From IMG/VR virus record IMGVR_UViG_3300033122_000343: a stretch of DNA of 64,000 nt. One strand, written 5' to 3'. The notes beneath the pieces are model-generated. The model was not told where the DNA came from. It saw nothing but the letters and a program-made list of their open reading frames with translations, and did not search any database. The translations under genes were made by a program, and so were the position numbers. Shown here piece by piece: positions 59,400-64,000 of the stretch. Within the stretch, counting starts at the first letter, position 1, and every line of letters starts with the position of its first letter. Origin of the DNA: a virus. Its lineage: Duplodnaviria > Caudoviricetes.

Positions 59400-59898
59400 T
59401 GTTGATCACGTTGTAAATGGTGTACTTAAAACTTACCTGTGCTGCAAAGTATTTCTGTTCTTCTATTGTAGCATCAAAAGGTAGTCCTGTCAGTGAGTAT
59501 GGGAATAAATCTTTGAATTTTACTTTACCTGCTACTTGATAATTACTGTTTAATATTAATAACGTTCCATCAGAAAATTCATCAGGGTCAAAATCACTTA
59601 TGCTTTCTGGAAAACCTAATGCATTCATCCATGCATATATCTGATTATAATTTTCTAAGTTCTCATCTACTATAAAATTTATAGTAAAATCTCCATATTG
59701 AAGTTTATCACCAGGCACAGGGATATTTTTGAGATAGGTGCTTTGATTTGCAATACCTAAAGAGATACCTGGCAGGTTTGCCATGTTGCATAAAAAATCG
59801 ACCTTCGGACATTTTTCCAATACCAATTGAAATCCTGCAATAGACAGAAAATTTCTATTTGATATGTCCTCTAGTGTTAATGGATTTTTTTCTGCCAT
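59380..59898 (-). CDS. gp3: Tail completion protein (gp3)
   Basis: NFLS, NLPGISLG, PGDKL, FIVDENLENY, SDGTL; adjacent to g23. Confidence 0.85.
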   Translation of the reverse strand: MAEKNPLTLEDISNRNFLSIAGFQLVLEKCPKVDFLCNMANLPGISLGIANQSTYLKNIPVPGDKLQYGDFTINFIVDENLENYNQIYAWMNALGFPESISDFDPDEFSDGTLLILNSNYQVAGKVKFKDLFPYSLTGLPFDATIEEQKYFAAQVSFKYTIYNVINIEGEEV

Positions 59899-59913
59899 GT
59901 CTATATTTATCAT

Positions 59914-59941
59914 AAAAAAAGACCCCTCAAAGAGGAGTCTT
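59914..59941 (-). terminator. Intrinsic terminator after g23
   Basis: GACTCCTC-TTT-GAGGGGTC followed by T7. Confidence 0.9.
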
Positions 59942-59962
59942 GTAAAGATATAAGCATCTCGC

Positions 59963-61387
59963 TTACATTAGGTTTTGTACCTTTACTCTTCTGTAGTAAC
60001 GGTTGTTGCTTGAGTTAATCGCACCAGCACCAACTGTTGTTCCTTCAGCAAATGGGTTAGCAACCATACCATATCTGGTCTTGAAACCAATTTTTGGTTG
60101 GAATGTGTCTTGTCCAACTGCTCTTACCATCTGTAATGGAACGTAAGGACAGTAGAATAATCCAGCGTCATAAGGTGAAGTACCTTTATAACCCATAACA
60201 TAGTACTGATCAGCACTTAAGTTGGCAGCGAATGGATCGATGTATACTCTGTAACGTCCGTTAAGTGTACCAGCAAATGTGTTACCAGTGTCATCAACGT
60301 TAAGTGCAGAGTTAAGGGCAGGTGTGTAATCTAATTGACCAGCAGCTGCAAGTGCAGATGCAACGTCAGCAGAACACATGATGATGTTACCCTTTCCACG
60401 ACGAGTTCTTTGTGCGATAGCGTTGGCATCTCTTTCTAATTGGAAGATCATACCTTTGAACTTCTCAACCATCCATCTTCCGTTAGAGTCAACGTCTAAG
60501 TCGAATATACCTGATGTAGCAACGTTTGTTTGTGCACCAGCTTCAGCAACTTTATAGATTGTTCTAACGATTTCCCTGTTGATTTCAGCAAGGATTTCAG
60601 TAGATAGGATGTTTGCTAGTTCTGCTTCAGCATCTAGACCGTGGATTGCTTTAAGGTCTTGAGCAAGTTCTAAACTGTACTCTGCCTTTAGTGCTCTGGA
60701 GCGAGCAGTAACAGTAACTTTCTCAATACTGAATGACATCTCACGGAAGTCATTAGTAGTGGTGTTGTCACCGAGTGCTTCTAACTCTTGAGTTCTAAAA
60801 CCTTGACCTACTGCGTACTCTTTCTGAGTACCACCGTTTAAGATAGCAGGGTTGGTATCAGTATATGCTTCCTGATTACCAGTAGTACCGAAACCAACTG
60901 ATGCTCCACCGTCAGTACCGCCTGTGTAATCACCTTGGTTAAGGTTCATACCGTTGACGTTCTGTGCGGAGAATGCAGTATCTGGTTCGTTGAAGAACGC
61001 TTCTCTTCCGTCTGACTGGTTGTTGTATTGAGATCTCATTGCGAAGATCAAACCAGTAGGACCAGACATTGGTTGTACACCAGCAAGATCATATGCCACC
61101 AAGTTAGGCATCGCTCTTCTGATGAGACTGATCAATACAGGATCGAAACCTGCAACTGGTGATGCACCAGCAGAACCAGAGAAACCTGGATTGCCTGTAC
61201 CACTTGGATCAGTGTTTGTTGTAGGAGGTGCTTCTGTTAAGTATGCACGTTCCTCTCTTAAAAATCTTTCTTGGTTTTCGAGAAGTTGGGCGGTAACTGC
61301 TCTTCTATGATTATCTTCGATCTTGTCAAGACCTTCAGCTTCTAGAAGAGGTGCCCACTTCTTCTGCAATGCAGCAGAATTAAACAT
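59963..61387 (-). CDS. gp23: Major capsid protein (gp23)
   Basis: LLENQE, GVQPMSGPTGLIFAMR, LKAEYS, FYCPYVPL, GFKTRYG. Confidence 0.99.
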   Translation of the reverse strand: MFNSAALQKKWAPLLEAEGLDKIEDNHRRAVTAQLLENQERFLREERAYLTEAPPTTNTDPSGTGNPGFSGSAGASPVAGFDPVLISLIRRAMPNLVAYDLAGVQPMSGPTGLIFAMRSQYNNQSDGREAFFNEPDTAFSAQNVNGMNLNQGDYTGGTDGGASVGFGTTGNQEAYTDTNPAILNGGTQKEYAVGQGFRTQELEALGDNTTTNDFREMSFSIEKVTVTARSRALKAEYSLELAQDLKAIHGLDAEAELANILSTEILAEINREIVRTIYKVAEAGAQTNVATSGIFDLDVDSNGRWMVEKFKGMIFQLERDANAIAQRTRRGKGNIIMCSADVASALAAAGQLDYTPALNSALNVDDTGNTFAGTLNGRYRVYIDPFAANLSADQYYVMGYKGTSPYDAGLFYCPYVPLQMVRAVGQDTFQPKIGFKTRYGMVANPFAEGTTVGAGAINSSNNRYYRRVKVQNLM

Positions 61388-61424
61388 TGTGGGTCTCCTT
61401 ATAGGGGGATTGAGTTAAATTAAT

Positions 61425-62507
61425 CTATTGGAACTTTGTCACTGCATTCAGGTATGCTTGCATAGCGGAAGAATTATCTTCTACTACAGCTCCTTCAGAG
61501 ATGACTTCTTGTGATTCTTCTACTTTCTTAGGAGCAAAATATGAATCCTTGAGAGTAGATAGTTTTTCACGGTATTGTTCTTCGCTTTCAAACTCAACAC
61601 CATCAGCAAGACTTGCTAACTTTTCCTTTTGAGATAGTGCAAGACCCTCAGATATTTCATCTAGGATGTTGTTGGAGACAGATTCAGATAAACGCTTAGT
61701 TAAACCAACGTTTGTATCGATCTGTTCGTTGAGTTTTGTCTCCATTTCATCAAGTTTTTCTACCATAGCCTCTAGAACATCGTATTTGTCATCAGGGATT
61801 TGTACATAATGTTCTTCAAAGAGTCCTTTGAGACCAGACATAAAGGATTCAGAAAGTTCACTTCTGATTCCTGTTTCTACTTGTAGAGCGTTTTCAGTTA
61901 TCCATTCTTGAGCAACATACTCAATATATGAATCAATACGTTCTACTAGTTCCTTTTTGATCTCTTCTACTTGTTCAACTAATGCTTTTTCGTAGCGAGT
62001 ATCAAGGGCAGTGACTGCTTCAGAGATTTTTGAGCGTACAGTTGCTTCAAAAATAGTCCTTGCCTTTTCTTGAAATTCTTCGGATAGTTCTTCGCCTTCA
62101 AGAAGTGCCTGTACATCTTGTGAAAGATCCAATTCTTGTTCGACTACTACTTCTTCCTCTTCTTCTACTGCTGGTTCTTCAGCAACAACATCTCCTTCTG
62201 GTGCTTCCTCCTCTTCTTGTCTCATACTCTTTCCAGAGTCTGGGACATAATTAGGAGCAGTTGGCATCGGATCTGGTGATGATGCTTTTGAATTTACAAC
62301 ATCCTTGACTTGTTTAATAGTTTTAGCAGGAGTGCTATACTTATTAGACTCATCATCTGGACGAGAGTTGGTAGGAGTAGGTCCACCCAAGTCTTCAACA
62401 GTTCCTGCTTGAGGAACATAATTAGGTGCCTTGGGCATCGGCTCCGCAGGAGTCGCTCCCTTAGTTACCTGATTTTCCATTTCTTTTAGTGTGTTATTGG
62501 CTGGCAT
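61425..62507 (-). CDS. gp22: Prohead core scaffold protein (gp22)
   Basis: Acidic; LSEEF, TIFEA; lies between gp21 and gp23. Confidence 0.92.
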   Translation of the reverse strand: MPANNTLKEMENQVTKGATPAEPMPKAPNYVPQAGTVEDLGGPTPTNSRPDDESNKYSTPAKTIKQVKDVVNSKASSPDPMPTAPNYVPDSGKSMRQEEEEAPEGDVVAEEPAVEEEEEVVVEQELDLSQDVQALLEGEELSEEFQEKARTIFEATVRSKISEAVTALDTRYEKALVEQVEEIKKELVERIDSYIEYVAQEWITENALQVETGIRSELSESFMSGLKGLFEEHYVQIPDDKYDVLEAMVEKLDEMETKLNEQIDTNVGLTKRLSESVSNNILDEISEGLALSQKEKLASLADGVEFESEEQYREKLSTLKDSYFAPKKVEESQEVISEGAVVEDNSSAMQAYLNAVTKFQ

Positions 62508-62546
62508 TGTGTTTTTACCTTTAGAAACTTCAAGAATTTCTGTTAT

Positions 62547-62552
62547 TATTTA
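62547..62552 (-). promoter_or_regulatory. Late promoter upstream of gp22
   Basis: TAAATA. The same motif also precedes genes at 22646, 23822, 24303, 31846, 35130, 36424, 45027 and 59904. Confidence 0.6.
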
Positions 62553-62557
62553 GACAA

Positions 62558-63205
62558 CTACAGTGTTGACAGGAAATCCGCAAAAAGACGCAACTTATTT
62601 GCCTCTAAAATTCCTTTATCTACTGAAATATTTATATTCTCTTTAATCTCCTCTACTTTTCTTTCTCTTAAAACAGATCCTTCCCAGACCCATTCTTTTC
62701 CTTCCATTACACCATCTACAAATGCATCAGGTGCTGAAGGATCAGCGACAATATCAGCAGCAGTGGCAAGCATGAAGTCTTCACCAACATGGTTTACGCC
62801 TTCAATATTTGTTATAGATCCCATACCACGACTTGAGACTCCAAGTTTCACTCCATCTGCTAGAAGTGATTCCGCAATCTTACCCATGGGTGTTGAAAGA
62901 ATCTGTGCCTTACCGATAAAATTATTACCTTCTTGTGTCAATGAAACAATTTTATGTGAAACACGATCAAGATTTATTTGAGGACCATCTGGGTGTCCAA
63001 GTTCACCAAGAGCACGACCTTTTGAAACAAAATCATTATTATAACGTTTCACCTCATTTGCCATTGTCTTTATAGGATAAAAACGTTTATTACGATTGAC
63101 CATCTCTGCTTGAAGAAAAGGTCCTTGAATATAAAGAGTCTTCTTACCGTCTTTTTCTTCAGTAAGAATATCGATAGATTCTATTTCTTCTGCTATTAGT
63201 TTCAT
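62558..63205 (-). CDS. gp21: Prohead protease (gp21)
   Basis: ALGELGHP, GVSSRGMGS, DIVADPSAP. Confidence 0.97.
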   Translation of the reverse strand: MKLIAEEIESIDILTEEKDGKKTLYIQGPFLQAEMVNRNKRFYPIKTMANEVKRYNNDFVSKGRALGELGHPDGPQINLDRVSHKIVSLTQEGNNFIGKAQILSTPMGKIAESLLADGVKLGVSSRGMGSITNIEGVNHVGEDFMLATAADIVADPSAPDAFVDGVMEGKEWVWEGSVLRERKVEEIKENINISVDKGILEANKLRLFADFLSTL

Positions 63206-63804
63206 GATCCTTGAATTTCCTCTATAAAGACTTTAGTTCCTGCTGCACTATCAGGTTTTATAGTGATAGCACCCATCTTATATACAGTTGCTATACCAAC
63301 AAAAGGTAGAGTGTATTGACTTGTATCGTAATCAACTTGTATTTGAACAAAGTTTGGAATACCATTGCTTCCAGTAATAGTAGGTCCAAATATATTAACA
63401 ACTTTTGCGTATGTCATAGATGAGTAACCTACAAAATTAGTTGTCACTCCAGTAGTCACTGCTTGTGATGCTTCACCTAAGATTTTTACATGATCATTAA
63501 CTCTTAATTTTGTATCATACTCACTTAGAGTCAATATAGTATTTACGCCAGTGGTTATACCAGTCACCACTGCTTGAGCTGGATGAGCATATCGCATCTC
63601 CATGGTGTCATCATTAATACCAATATGTGCTGATGTAAATCCGATTGTATTTGTGTTGGCAACACCTACTCTACATCCATCTCTTATACTCCCAATACCA
63701 ATTCTAAGAACACCAGTTCTTATGATATGAGAATCAAATGTGGTTTGAGTAGCGTTAGTGACTGTAAAGTCACCAAGATCTTGCACTACTTTGAAGGCAC
63801 TCAT
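63202..63804 (-). CDS. Putative virion structural protein
   Basis: Beta/Thr-rich; ATGA-coupled to gp21. Confidence 0.65.
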   Translation of the reverse strand: MSAFKVVQDLGDFTVTNATQTTFDSHIIRTGVLRIGIGSIRDGCRVGVANTNTIGFTSAHIGINDDTMEMRYAHPAQAVVTGITTGVNTILTLSEYDTKLRVNDHVKILGEASQAVTTGVTTNFVGYSSMTYAKVVNIFGPTITGSNGIPNFVQIQVDYDTSQYTLPFVGIATVYKMGAITIKPDSAAGTKVFIEEIQGS

Positions 63805-63977
63805 TCTTCTTCCTGTTCCTCGTTATCTTTAGTTCCAAAGTATGCATCTGCTACTTCAGGTTTCATAGCGTCAGATTTTTCCCCTGCTTTCGCATACATC
63901 AAACTTTTAATGTAGTCAGAAATTTCAGATGCAGGAGCATCGTTCATCACCATATCTACAAGCTCGGCAGAATCCAT
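63801..63977 (-). CDS. Small acidic prohead-core-like protein (58 aa)
   Basis: Manual translation MDSAELVDMVMNDAPASEISDYIKSLMYAKAGEK...; lies in the head operon. Confidence 0.7.
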   Translation of the reverse strand: MDSAELVDMVMNDAPASEISDYIKSLMYAKAGEKSDAMKPEVADAYFGTKDNEEQEEE

Positions 63978-64000
63978 AGTTTTTTTAGTTATATATTACT

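Overview
64 kb of an AT-rich T4-like cyanomyovirus genome, most likely infecting Prochlorococcus (psbA, pebS and three hli genes; gene content resembles P-SSM2-type phages). Nearly all genes are on the minus strand. In window order: 5' part of psbA with a structured leader; a ~19 kb glycosyltransferase and nucleotide-sugar island that also holds pebS and a DNA methyltransferase; a cluster of exported and membrane hypothetical proteins (the only plus-strand genes); phosphomannomutase, nrdB, nrdA and primase; a block of probable head-internal proteins; mazG, gp41, uvsX and gp43; three radical SAM genes, a nucleotidyltransferase and hsp20 within the replication operon; regA, gp62, dam, gp44 and gp45; an hli operon and an outer-membrane barrel gene; gp46, gp47, gp55, uvsW, uvsY and gp3; and head genes gp23, gp22 and gp21. 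I saw no tRNA, CRISPR array, intron or intein. Best leads for undescribed biology: (1) Lys-rich polyproteins punctuated by prohead-protease-type sites, next to a capsid-targeted pseudo-cytidylyltransferase; (2) a late exported-protein module with two paralogous beta-rich subunits and a TolC-like hairpin protein; (3) radical SAM genes and a nucleotidyltransferase translationally coupled to DNA polymerase and regA; (4) a leader motif shared by psbA and the barrel gene, plus RpaB boxes at hli; (5) a bidirectional promoter with repeats near gp55 that may be an origin. All calls come from reading motifs by eye; no searches were run.
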